A DNA stretch of 64,000 bases. Source: Blepharisma stoltei ATCC 30299. Lineage: Eukaryota > Protista > Ciliophora. Shown piece after piece: positions 1 through 11,028 of the stretch. The stretch spans positions 588,987 through 652,986 of the forward strand of contig CBFDEM010000060.1 in the NCBI GenBank assembly GCA_965603825.1, written 5' to 3'. Each line of letters opens with the position of its first letter. Positions within the stretch are counted from its first letter, which is position 1. Both the position numbers and the translations under genes were made by a program. Under the pieces are notes generated by a model. It ran no database searches and had not been told where the DNA came from. It saw only the letters and a program-made list of their open reading frames with translations.

Positions 1-3000
1 TTTGGAAAGTTTTATTTTGAGAGGAGAAGAAGTCACTGTGATGGTAAGCAAAGAATATCCAGATACAGATGGCTCTGTCGAACTTTGGCTAGTTGCAGTT
101 GCATTGAATTGGTATGAGTATCCACTTGGAAGCATATTTTTGTTGATAACAAGCTTGTTCTGCTGCTTGGATGCAGAAAGGATTGCTGAGGAATCAATTG
201 TAGGAGCCCCTGCTAAGGCAACATAGCTCCATTTATAAGTCACTGAAGAGACATCTCCACAGAATGTAGCAACTGAAGCCTTGTAAGTTCTTGAGTCTGA
301 AGCTTTAATTGTATCAGTTGATCCTAAATCAAATACAACTTGAAGTGAAGGAGCTGCCTTAATTGCTGTAGTCATTGATGCAGAGTTTGTGCCGCCAAAG
401 GCGTTTGTTACTTTAAGAGTAATCACTAGTGTAGAGTCAACGTTGCTTGTAAATAGAAGTTTTGTGATTGCTAAAGATGCTGTAGTTTGCTTAGCAATAT
501 AATTAGTCAGATCTGAGTTCTGTGGAGTACTGGTGGCTGACCAAGTGTATGCCGTAGGGTTATTCAAGTTTCCTGTTGACTTTGAACCTGAGTACTGAAG
601 AGCTGTGTTTCCACAATCTAAAGAATAGCTTGCTGGTCCGGAAATGACAGCATTAGGAGTAGGATCGGCTGTTTGCCTTACAGTAATATATAGCGGAGTA
701 TAATTTAAGCTGCAAGTTCCTTCCGTTTTAACAATATTTGTTCCCAACAAATATAGTTTTTCAACTCTAATAGTAAAGCCTTTTCCTAGTTGAATTCTCA
801 GCTTATGGGATCCATCCCATGAGCAACTGGCTCCAGTTCCTAGTTTGCTAATGCTTTGCCAATCAATGGTATTTGAGCATGCTGCACTAACTGTAGTATC
901 AACACCTACACTGAAAGTAACTGTAATGGTAGAGAAATATTCATCGAAATAGGCGTCAGTCACATCTGATAATACGAAATAATTCTTGCAAGCTATACAT
1001 TTATTGCTGACTAAGGTATATCCACCATTACAAACACACGACTGTGAATTTGAGTCATAGCTTGAATCTGCAGTGCAAGAACACTTGCTCTTTACTAATT
1101 CTGCATTAGTTACACAAGCTGTGCAAGAGTCTCCATCATCTTCGCTGCATGTAGTACATACTTGGTTGCAGGTAGCTACACATTTAGTATCTTTTTGGTA
1201 AAATCCACTAACACAGCTGCAAGTGCCATCTGAATTTGCTGAAGCATGCTTTATGCAAGTATTGCAAGTATCTACTGATTTAGTGCAGATGGAACAATTG
1301 ATCTTACAAGCCTGACATGTATTTCCAGATTTTCCATATCCATTACTACAGCTGCATAAGTTAGTATTATCAACTGCTGCATTATCCACACAAGAGCTGC
1401 AGGACCAATTAGACGAGCATTTCTTACAAAGTCCTGGGCAGGCTGTGCATACTGCATTTAAAGAGTAATAATAGTCATTGCATGTACAAACACTTGTATC
1501 TAAATCAAAGCTTGCATTTTCGTCATTACAAGTACAAACTCCATCAGTGAGAGTCATATGGCTTGCGTCTAAACATTCTGTGCAATTGGTAGCTTCTTCT
1601 GAACATTCTTTGCAAGGAGCATCACAGGCTTCGCATGAATTTGTATCATTATAATAGAAGCTAGAATCGCATTGGTCACATGTAGATCCATCAACACACT
1701 CAGCGCAATTATCCATACACTTAGTGCAGTTTCCTGGATCATCATAATATCCTCTGACACAGACACAGTCATTAATGGTTGTATTAAACTCTGTATGATC
1801 ATCTAAACAATTATCACAAGAGCCATCAGTATCCAATGTATTGTAGACTCCACTGCATTTTGTACAATGAGTTTCAGAGTTGCACCATAAACAAGGTTCA
1901 ACACAAGGGGAAGTAGCTGTATTAGAGCTGAAATAGTAAGTATCATCAGCAGCACATACTTCTGTATCATTATCAAGTGAAGAATGAGTTGGGCAGTCAC
2001 AGTCAGGAATTCCAAGCATATGAGTTGTATCTATACATAAAGTGCAGATTGAGGCTGAGGCAGTATCACAAGTTGCACACTGTATATCGCATTCAGCACA
2101 GGTGGTATTAGAATCAAAGTAATAGCCGTCGTCAGGGATACATTCATCGGTATTAATATCAAGGGTAGAGTTGCCTGGACAGTCACAGTTAGGGATGGCT
2201 GACATGTGTGTTGTATCCACACATGAAGTGCAGGCAGAGGCTGACATTGTATCACATGTTTCACATTGTGAGTCGCATTCTGCGCAAGTTGTATCTGAGC
2301 TGAAGTAATATCCATCGTCTGGAATGCAATTATCAGTATTATTATCAAGTGTAGAATGCTGAGGGCAGTCACAGTTTGGCACTCCAAGCATATGTGTTGT
2401 ATCTAAGCAAGAGGTGCAGATGGAGCCTGAAGTGGTATCGCATGTAACGCATTGTAGGTCGCATTCAGCACATGTGGTATCTGTATTGAAGTAATATCCA
2501 TCATCTGGAACGCAATCTGATTCATTGAAAGTTGAGTTGCCAGGACATTCACAATCAGGCTCTCCAAGCATATGAGTTGTATCTGCACAAACTGTGCAGG
2601 AAGTTCCATTGGTAGTATCACATGTCTCACATTTAGAGTCGCAATCAGCACATGTTGTATTTGAATCGAAGTAGTATCCGTCATCTGGAACGCAATCTGA
2701 TTCATTAAAAGTTGAGTTGCCAGGACATTCGCAATCAGGCTCTCCAAGCATATGAGTTGTATCTGTACAAGCTGTGCAGGAAGTTCCATTGGTAGTATCA
2801 CATGTCTCACATTTAGAGTCGCATTCGGCAGTAACAGTATTTGTATCGAAGTAGTATCCGTCATCTGGAACGCAATCTGATTCATTGAAAGTTGAATTAC
2901 TCGGGCAAGCGCAGTCAGGCTCTCCTAGCATGTGCGTTGTATCTGTACAAGCTGTGCAGTAAGTTCCATTGTTAGTATCACATGTCTCACATTTAGAGTC

Positions 3001-4884
3001 GCATTCGGCAGTAGCAGTATTTGTATCGAAGTAGTATCCGTCATCTGGAACGCAATCTGATTCATTGAAAGTTGAGTTCCCAGGACAGTCACAATCAGGC
3101 TCTCCAAGCATATGAGTTGTATCTGCACAAGCTGTGCAGTAAGTTCCATTGGTAGTATCACATGTCTCACATTTAGAGTCGCATTCGGCAGTAGCAGTAT
3201 TTGTATCGAAGTAGTATCCGTCATCTGGAACGCAATCTGATTCATTGAAAGTTGAATTGCCAGGACATTCACAATTAGGTTCTCCAAGCATATGAGTTGT
3301 ATCCGCACAAGCTGTGCAGTAAGTTCCATTGGTAGTATCACATGTCTCACATTTAGAGTCGCAATCAGCACATGTGGTATCTGTATTGAAGTAATATCCG
3401 TCATCTGGAACGCAATCTGATTCATTGAAAGTTGAGTTCCCAGGACAGTCACAATCAGGCTCTCCAAGCATATGAGTTGTATCTGTACAAGCTGTGCAGT
3501 AAGTTCCATTGGTAGTATCACATGTCTCGCATTTAGAGTCGCATTCGGCAGTAGCAGTATTTGTATCGAAGTAGTATCCGTCATCTGGAACGCAATCTGA
3601 TTCATTAAAAGTTGAGTTCCCAGGACATTCGCAATCAGGCTCTCCAAGCATGTGCGTTGTATCTGCACAAGCTGTGCAGTAAGTTCCATTGGTAGTATCA
3701 CATGTCTCACATTTAGAGTCGCAATCAGCACATGTAGTATTTGTATCGAAGTAGTATCCGTCATCTGGAACGCAATCTGATTCATTAAAAGTTGAGTTCC
3801 CAGGACATTCGCAATCAGGCTCTCCAAGCATGTGCGTTGTATCTGTACAAGCTGTGCAGTAAGTTCCATTGGTAGTATCACATGTCTCACATTTAGAGTC
3901 GCAATCAGCACATGTGGTATCTGTATTGAAGTAATATCCGTCATCTGGAACGCAATCTGATTCATTGAAAGTTGAGTTACCAGGACAGTCACAATCAGGC
4001 TCTCCAAGCATATGAGTTGTATCTGTACAAGCTGTGCAGTAAGTTCCATTGTTAGTATCACATGTCTCGCATTTAGAGCCGCATTCGGCAGTAGCAGTAT
4101 TTGTATCGAAGTAGTATCCGTCATCTGGAACGCAATCTGATTCATTAAAAGTTGAGTTCCCAGGACATTCGCAATCAGGCTCCCCAAGCATGTGCGCTAT
4201 ATCTGTACAAGCTGTGCAGTAAGTTCCATTGGTAGTATCACATGTCTCACATTTAGAATCGCATTCGGCAGTAACAGTATTTGTATCGAAGTAGTATCCG
4301 TCATCTGGAACGCAATCTGATTCATTGAAAGTTGAGTTACCAGGACATTCGCAGTCTGGAGCCACTGACATATGTATTTCGTCTATGCATACAGTACAAT
4401 CAGATGAATTGGTATCGCAAGTACTGCATTTATTATCACAACAGCTTGCACCGCTACGGTGAATTGTAAATTCATTTTCACACGTAACACAAGTTTCATT
4501 ATCGATGCTATTAACTACTGCACAATGGTCAAAAGTCGAATTTGTGCATCCACCTGCATCATCAGGTATTGCATCTGAATAAAGGCAAGTATCACATGTT
4601 GTACCATCTGCACAAGTTACACACTCATTTGCACCGTTAGTGCAAGTAGCTGTTAAATATCTTTCGTTTTCCCACCATGATCCCTCTTCAGGTGTATTTT
4701 GGTCATTTTCTGGAAGGGTATGACTATTTTTCATAAGTTGATTGACTGCCTCAAAATCGTCGATAAGCAGTTTCGAGTTAATTTCAGAGCTTCTAAGGCT
4801 ATTTTTAGTAATTGGATTGAGTTCTTTCGCTGTAGTTGCTTCAAGGATCAAGAGCAAAAGATAAGCTATTCTAGCCGCAGGCAT
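1..4884 (-). CDS. Gene A (3' end outside window): Cys-rich repeat surface protein, paralog of gene B (polycystin-1-like)
   Basis: ATG at 4884 reads MPAARIAYLLLLILEATTAKELNP (signal peptide), followed by about 13 60-aa Cys-rich repeats. Positions 1-2030 are near-identical to 13834-15860 of gene B. The ORF track omits it, apparently because the frame runs off the window edge. Confidence 0.92.
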   Translation of the reverse strand, partial: MPAARIAYLLLLILEATTAKELNPITKNSLRSSEINSKLLIDDFEAVNQLMKNSHTLPENDQNTPEEGSWWENERYLTATCTNGANECVTCADGTTCDTCLYSDAIPDDAGGCTNSTFDHCAVVNSIDNETCVTCENEFTIHRSGASCCDNKCSTCDTNSSDCTVCIDEIHMSVAPDCECPGNSTFNESDCVPDDGYYFDTNTVTAECDSKCETCDTTNGTYCTACTDIAHMLGEPDCECPGNSTFNESDCVPDDGYYFDTNTATAECGSKCETCDTNNGTYCTACTDTTHMLGEPDCDCPGNSTFNESDCVPDDGYYFNTDTTCADCDSKCETCDTTNGTYCTACTDTTHMLGEPDCECPGNSTFNESDCVPDDGYYFDTNTTCADCDSKCETCDTTNGTYCTACADTTHMLGEPDCECPGNSTFNESDCVPDDGYYFDTNTATAECDSKCETCDTTNGTYCTACTDTTHMLGEPDCDCPGNSTFNESDCVPDDGYYFNTDTTCADCDSKCETCDTTNGTYCTACADTTHMLGEPNCECPGNSTFNESDCVPDDGYYFDTNTATAECDSKCETCDTTNGTYCTACADTTHMLGEPDCDCPGNSTFNESDCVPDDGYYFDTNTATAECDSKCETCDTNNGTYCTACTDTTHMLGEPDCACPSNSTFNESDCVPDDGYYFDTNTVTAECDSKCETCDTTNGTSCTACTDTTHMLGEPDCECPGNSTFNESDCVPDDGYYFDSNTTCADCDSKCETCDTTNGTSCTVCADTTHMLGEPDCECPGNSTFNESDCVPDDGYYFNTDTTCAECDLQCVTCDTTSGSICTSCLDTTHMLGVPNCDCPQHSTLDNNTDNCIPDDGYYFSSDTTCAECDSQCETCDTMSASACTSCVDTTHMSAIPNCDCPGNSTLDINTDECIPDDGYYFDSNTTCAECDIQCATCDTASASICTLCIDTTHMLGIPDCDCPTHSSLDNDTEVCAADDTYYFSSNTATSPCVEPCLWCNSETHCTKCSGVYNTLDTDGSCDNCLDDHTEFNTTINDCVCVRGYYDDPGNCTKCMDNCAECVDGSTCDQCDSSFYYNDTNSCEACDAPCKECSEEATNCTECLDASHMTLTDGVCTCNDENASFDLDTSVCTCNDYYYSLNAVCTACPGLCKKCSSNWSCSSCVDNAAVDNTNLCSCSNGYGKSGNTCQACKINCSICTKSVDTCNTCIKHASANSDGTCSCVSGFYQKDTKCVATCNQVCTTCSEDDGDSCTACVTNAELVKSKCSCTADSSYDSNSQSCVCNGGYTLVSNKCIACKNYFVLSDVTDAYFDEYFSTITVTFSVGVDTTVSAACSNTIDWQSISKLGTGASCSWDGSHKLRIQLGKGFTIRVEKLYLLGTNIVKTEGTCSLNYTPLYITVRQTADPTPNAVISGPASYSLDCGNTALQYSGSKSTGNLNNPTAYTWSATSTPQNSDLTNYIAKQTTASLAITKLLFTSNVDSTLVITLKVTNAFGGTNSASMTTAIKAAPSLQVVFDLGSTDTIKASDSRTYKASVATFCGDVSSVTYKWSYVALAGAPTIDSSAILSASKQQNKLVINKNMLPSGYSYQFNATATSQSSTEPSVSGYSLLTITVTSSPLKIKLSK
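2050..4370 (-). repeat. 180-bp tandem array in gene A (11 homogeneous plus about 2 diverged units)
   Basis: tcatctggaacgcaatctga recurs every 180 nt from 2501 to 4301. Unit is approximately CECPGNSTFNESDCVPDDGYYFDTNTATAECDSKCETCDTTNGTYCTACTDTTHMLGEPD. Confidence 0.95.
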
Positions 4885-5349
4885 ATTTTATTAGGTTAAT
4901 AAAATGGATCAAATTAAATCAACATATAAGAATGATTACTTATGAAAGAAATATATAGAATTTTAATAATCTAGATGATATTTCTCAGTTTTACCAATAT
5001 TTCGAATAAAGAAACTAGCTGAGCTTATCTTAAAAATTCTTTAGTTTTTGGAAATCATTATTTATAGCAGCCTAATTAAATAATGATATTTAATGCTGCC
5101 ACAAGAGCCTAAAAAATGATTTAAGGGAACTGAAATGTGAGTCTGTATTCAAATTAACTAACATTTTTATTTTATTGCAAGCTCCATAATATTTATTCAG
5201 CGGCAAAATGGTGTAATCTTCCTAAAATGGTTTATGAATAAAATTTTTAAAGAGATGAAGAATTAATTTTTTGATGTTCTAGTATCAAATTACCTTAAGT
5301 CATTCTAAAATGATAATTTTTATCTCTTGAACAATAAAAAATTTTATGA

Positions 5350-6435
5350 AGTTTCAGAAAATTTTGCCTTTACATTGACTCTGATTGCTTAATCACATAA
5401 GGAGAAATACTGCTTCTGGTAATGCTCACTAGGACTTATTTTTCCAAAATAAAGGGGATAAATATAGCTCCTCCTCATTCACCTAATAAAATATAAAAAA
5501 TGGCTTATACGCACCTAATTATGGAAAATGGCTTAATATCTTTATAAAATATGAATTAACAGCATCTTTATAATAGGTCTAAAATTGATAAATAGCTCTA
5601 TCAGCACATTTTAAAGCCTTTTAAAAAATTAGAAGCTTATTATCTTAAGTTAAATAAATTATGAACTCTATTTTTGGATTTTAAGGGTTGTATTTTCCTT
5701 GAAAATATGAAGTACAGCTCATAACTTTAAGCCATTCCGATTACAAAATTTTTTTTCTTCATGCTAACCATCTCTCTGGGTGGATGCAAGCCGCTTGGGT
5801 AATGATTTAGGTTCCACTGGAGCTGGGAGGCTTCCACGGAGTTTTTATGCCTCAGGCTTTTTCTCCTGGCCGTGTTGTAGTAATGGAATATCGGCACATT
5901 TTCATCGAAGCCACTGGGAGCATCAAAACCCTGCTCTTGGAGGAGAGCAGGCAGTGAAACCCTGAAAAGAGAAGTAAAAATTAATCACGAGAACTGAAAA
6001 CTTTGCAATTTTTACTAAAATTTATTTAATTCTTATATAAATCTAAGAATTCAGAAAATTTGCCTTTACATTGATTCTGATTACTTGATTAGGAGGAATA
6101 TTCTTCTTGAAATGCTTACTAGGCTTGAAATAAAGGGGGAAAATATAACCACTCATTCACTTAATAAGATAGGCAAAATGGCTTAACATTGTTACAAAAT
6201 ATTGATTAACAGCATTTTATAAAAGGTCTAAAATATCACCTTATAATAGGTCTAAATTAAGAAATAGCTTTTTCAACACATTTTGAAGCCTTGCATAAAA
6301 TTAGAAGTTTATGGCCTTAAGTTAAATAAATTATGAAATGGAAATTTTGGATTTTAAGGATTGCATATTCCTTGTAAAATGATGAAGCACACAGCTCATG
6401 ACTTTAAGCCATTCCGGTTATGAAATGTTTTTTCT
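5350..6435. repeat. Local direct duplication of about 400 bp (5350-5760 and 6048-6435) flanking a GC-richer insert
   Basis: Both copies start ttcagaaaatt(t)tgcctttacattga and end actttaagccattccg. Confidence 0.85.
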
Positions 6436-7859
6436 CATCCTAAGAAAGCTTTAAAATTATTAGGTTGCTATAATCTATAGGTTTTAAAGCTAATCTGGGT
6501 TAATAAAATTCTTAAAAATTCAGCCCATCAGTAAAAGGGATAACTTGAAAATATTTGGATTATTTTATGCATTTGCAATATAAAAATCTAAAAATAAATT
6601 TTATTTAGTTATTGCCCTGAGAGGAGTAGCTTTGCATTTTATAAGTATCTATTCGTTCGAAAGAACCTTCATAACTCATAATATTTAGAAGATTTGATAA
6701 AGATGATGAAGCAATTAAAGTAACTTGCCTAATATAAGAGCATGTGAAAACTTTGCAATTTTTTAAATTTAATATTAAATCAAGCTTTCATGCAGAAATT
6801 TCGACCATAATGGCTCATTCATATAATTCAAAATTCTAAATTTGATAAATATGGAATTCATGAGGGTTCAATTTAATATTAAAACTTTTATGAGAGTTTT
6901 CTTAATTATATACATTTCGATAATTCAAAGATTTCAATATTTCTATGAATTTAGTTACTTAAACTGCTATCATTTGAGAATTATTTTTCTCGCTTTAAAA
7001 AATTTGACATAAATTATTTTTTCGATACAAATCTAATTGCTAGCTTTTAATACTTATATCCACTTAAAAATTCTTATCATTTTCTATATTAAAACAAAAC
7101 TCCAGCCAATTTCTTAATGAATGTTTTACATAATCAGAAATCAAGATAGGCTCTAAAGCTCACTAGAATTTAAATCTGTTTTCTTATGCTTATCAAGGAA
7201 ATAAACCAAAAAACCTTTATAGATTTCATTTCTTGCAAAGAAGAATAAGATATTGACTTTAAAATATAAAATATTGAAATATTTGCAAAGTATTATGAAG
7301 ACATTGAAAATCTTGACCATTTTATCTTAATTTCAGATTAAATAGAAATTTTGGCCTTAATAAAGAATACATAACAAAATTTTGGGTTTTCAGATGCAGA
7401 TCTGTGCTATTGAATTCTTGCCGCAATATCAAGAGAAATAAGCAAAAGATTGAGGAAAAAGAAATATAGAGTCATATTGAAATAAAATACCTTTTTTATT
7501 CAAGATTTAAAAATATCTCAGTTGTAAATTAAGGATGCTTAGAGTGATTCATTGTTGACAGCACAGTAATGAAATAGTCTGCTGGAATTGGAAAGAAACT
7601 AAAAAAGTGTCTTTATATGAGAATATTGAATTTTCTTATTATTGAAGAAGCCTATAGAGATTTTAATAGAAATTTTGGTTCTATAATTTAGCTTTTTTGT
7701 AAATATTGGATAGCCTATAACTTGTCTTATTTTCAAGGGAATATTATCAAGAAAATCCAACTTTTTATTCTCACATGTTAATAACTAATATTTTCCTATC
7801 TTAAAATTATTACAAGGAAGAAAACTGGAATATCTAAGGAAGAAGAGTTTGTAATACTC

Positions 7860-9200
7860 GACTTAATAACTCGTGAACGTGCCATCCTTATATGTGCCTA
7901 CAATGACTATCTCTATGACTATACAGCAGAACTCCAAAATCAGCCAGACTTTATTGAAAAAGTGAAGAGCTGAAGCTATTGGTTGAGCTTGACAAGCCTA
8001 TAAATAAAAAAGCTTTTGCATAAAACCTTCCTGAACTCTTGGTCTATGAAATCATGAATACAGAATCTCCTCTCCCTCTTGAAGAAAATACAAAAATCTA
8101 GGCCTGCCTCCGAAAAAAAAGGAAAACTTAGCCTAAGAAGAAAAAAGCTGGATGAGGCTTCATCGTAAAGCTTAATTGTGCATAAGCCTACAGAGCAAAG
8201 CAAAATTGCAAGATTACCCCTCCAAAGCTTCCAGTCCTTGATAGACCGACACAAAGAATTGGCTCGATTAACGTCTGAGACAAAGAAGATCCAGTTATCC
8301 AGAAGTTCTTGAGAACAGAGCATTTAGAAATCCATGAAATGTATGAGCGAAAAGAGCATATTTGGAACCAAATTAAAAAAACTTATATGGATTTTGCCCC
8401 ATTATTAAGTAGCTATGCTGAAAAGCTAGAAAATATTGACTCTGTTTAAAATTTTTTAAGGGATTGACTATATTAATAGACTTATAGCTGAGCATATAGA
8501 TGGCTAAAGAGAAGTAATGGCAAAAAATATTCTGCTGTCATTTCCAATGCCTGTGGCTAATTGAAAGATATACAGAAAACCTTGGCAGATACATCAGAAA
8601 AAACTCGTGGCAAAAGACGTATGGAGCAAGATAGTAGGGATCAAAGACAACACTGAAAAGTGACTGAAAGAGAAAGAAATGATGGAACAAAAAGCAAGAG
8701 ACGCTATAATACTTGATAAAAAAGACAGAAAGGAAGCCTTAAAACACATATCTTCAGGAAAAGGGGACGGGTTCTTAGTGAGGAGAGATTTGAGCTCTAA
8801 AGATGGCCAGCTGATCAAGAAAATGAATGTTTTATCAGAACAAACAGGAATGCAAGCCGCCAAGTCTAAGAAAGAGTTTAAAATGAAATCTACCAAAACA
8901 GAAGTCTCTATTATAAGCACGAAAAACTTCGAGCCAATGAAGAAGGAGAAATCACATCGACGCTCTTATTAAAATGCTATACTTGAACAACGCAGATTCG
9001 ACTACTTATGATTTAGAGTTTTGGGCTGAATATTATAGCATTAGGCTCCAGAGCTTGAAAACTTTTTTAACATTTCAGCTACCCTGTTCTTGGAGAAAAG
9101 CAGCCAGTTGGGCTACTCACATTTATTAAGGTTCAAGGAAGAAAGAAATTTTTGACTCTTCTAGGAGAACCAAAAGAGGGAAATGAAAAAGCGTGAAAAT
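7860..9200 (+). pseudogene. Decayed coding-like sequence (Lys/Glu-rich) of unknown family
   Basis: Purine-rich coding-like composition with short frames (e.g. 8679-8972) broken by TAA/TAG and frameshifts. Absent from the sister duplicate upstream of gene B. Confidence 0.4.
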
Positions 9201-10139
9201 AAAATAAGTTGTTTTTTATATCATAAGCATAATTAGTGTTATATTTCACCAGAAGAAAACATTTTTGCCGAGAAATTCGAGCTTGATTATTATTGAAGAG
9301 AACATTATTGCTTCATATAAACATATAAAAAAAATGCTTAAATAAATTCTTCTTGAGTTGTGGAATGAGAAAATATTAGATCTAGAGAATTATATATTTA
9401 GCGGTTATCCTCATGATAGAGATAAATACTGGACTAAGAGGAAGTGATTATATAATGATTTTTATGGCTTACATAGGGGGCTATTTAGTGAAGAAATTTT
9501 ATAACTTCTTAAAGAAACTCTTTACTACCGTTTTCAAAAGTAGAATTAAGATCCCCCAAATAATATTTTATTTAGAAAGGTCAAGAATTTCTCATTTGTC
9601 TGTGAAATAAAGATTCTTCTAAGATAGAAAAAGTCATATGAGATCTCATTTGCCAAAGTAGGTTTAACTATAATGACTAAAAATTGGTAATAATTGGATA
9701 ATATAAGAATCAATTTTCTGTGCAGTTTTATGGAAATAGAGTAAGAATGCATGGGGATAATAAGAAATTAAATAGATTTAAGCATGTTAGCTTGTTATGC
9801 ATATCAACTTTACTAATCTATGCAATAAATCCCAGCATACAAAATTTTAAAATGGCAATCATTTATAAGAATAATAAAGAATTAATAGATAATATGCTGA
9901 ATTTCGCATTATTGTCTTACTTAATCATGAATCATAAATTTGGCTTTACTATAGCCATGCGATTTCAATTTATTGCAAATTAATTTTAAATTTTCCTATC
10001 TTCGTTTATCTAAAGAGCTTATATATTGAACTAAAAAGTTCCTGCTCTCTTCTGCATAAGAATTCTATGTTTATTATAAATTGGGGCATAAGAAACTCTA
10101 AAAATGTTGGCAGTTAAATACATAAATATTTTTATAAAA

Positions 10140-10480
10140 TTATTAGAAGTATTTAATCATTAGCTTTTTTTACAAATTAAACTTGTAGTAGCTTCATTTT
10201 GCAAAGAATCCGCACATTTATTGTATTACTAATAAACTTGTGAAGAATTTTGATCGCTAATAATCGATTTTCCTATTTTTTCCACACATTTCATTACCTG
10301 TTTCGCTTTTATAACTGATCCCCATTCAACCAAATACAGACTTTTTGTATTTATCAAAATTTTTCTTTTCCACTCTGCAAAAGAAAAAGAATTCTTGATA
10401 AATTGTCGTTTTTCAATAGAATAGCGCAAAATATTGGGATTTCAGCACCCTGGTATCAAAATATTTTCATTAAATACAAC
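10140..10480 (-). pseudogene. 3' fragment of the U-box/Kelch gene carried along in the duplication
   Basis: LRYSIEKRQF...KILINTKSLYLVE aligns with LRYSIENDDF...KILINTERLYLIE (24591-24950). Frameshifted and 5'-truncated. Confidence 0.85.
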
Positions 10481-11028
10481 GCAATTTTTTCCCACTCACT
10501 ACAAGGGGAATTTTGATGACCTCGTTTCTTTTTCCCATGCAGCATTGAGAGTTAGAAGTATACGCTTTTTGGATGCAATCGTCTGAATTACTTAATTAGA
10601 GTGTAACACCTCTTTAAAATTTGCCAAATAATTTATGAATAAAAGATACTGATTTGGAGAAAGTCTTTCATAGGGTATTTATTTATGAAAAGCATTTCAA
10701 TTCGAAGATTCAATAATTTAAACTATAAATGCTTGCTTTTTTTATAAACCTGAATCGTTTAAATGCAGCTTTGACCTCTAGATACATTAAATAGCTAAAA
10801 TAAGCTTTTCAAGACAGTTTTTTTATAAAATAATAAAGTTGTACATGAAGAATTATTGTTTGCATTTTCAAATTTAAAAAGTTATTACGACTAAAGTAAT
10901 CTTACAAGCTACCTAAAATCTAATAAATTAGCTAGTTAATTTTTAATAAAGATTAATTTAGCATTTAGAGCTTTATTAAAAAGACTTAAATGATTAGATT
11001 AAAATGCAATTTTATAAAGATTGATTAC

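Larger units (their letters stand above)
4885..10480. repeat. Segmental duplicate of the region upstream of gene B (20689-24950), with insertions and an inversion
   Basis: Matching blocks: 4885-5290 with 20689-21110; 6440-7790 with 21925-23880; 10000-10480 with 24470-24950. Block 9500-9995 matches the reverse complement of 23890-24400. Confidence 0.85.
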
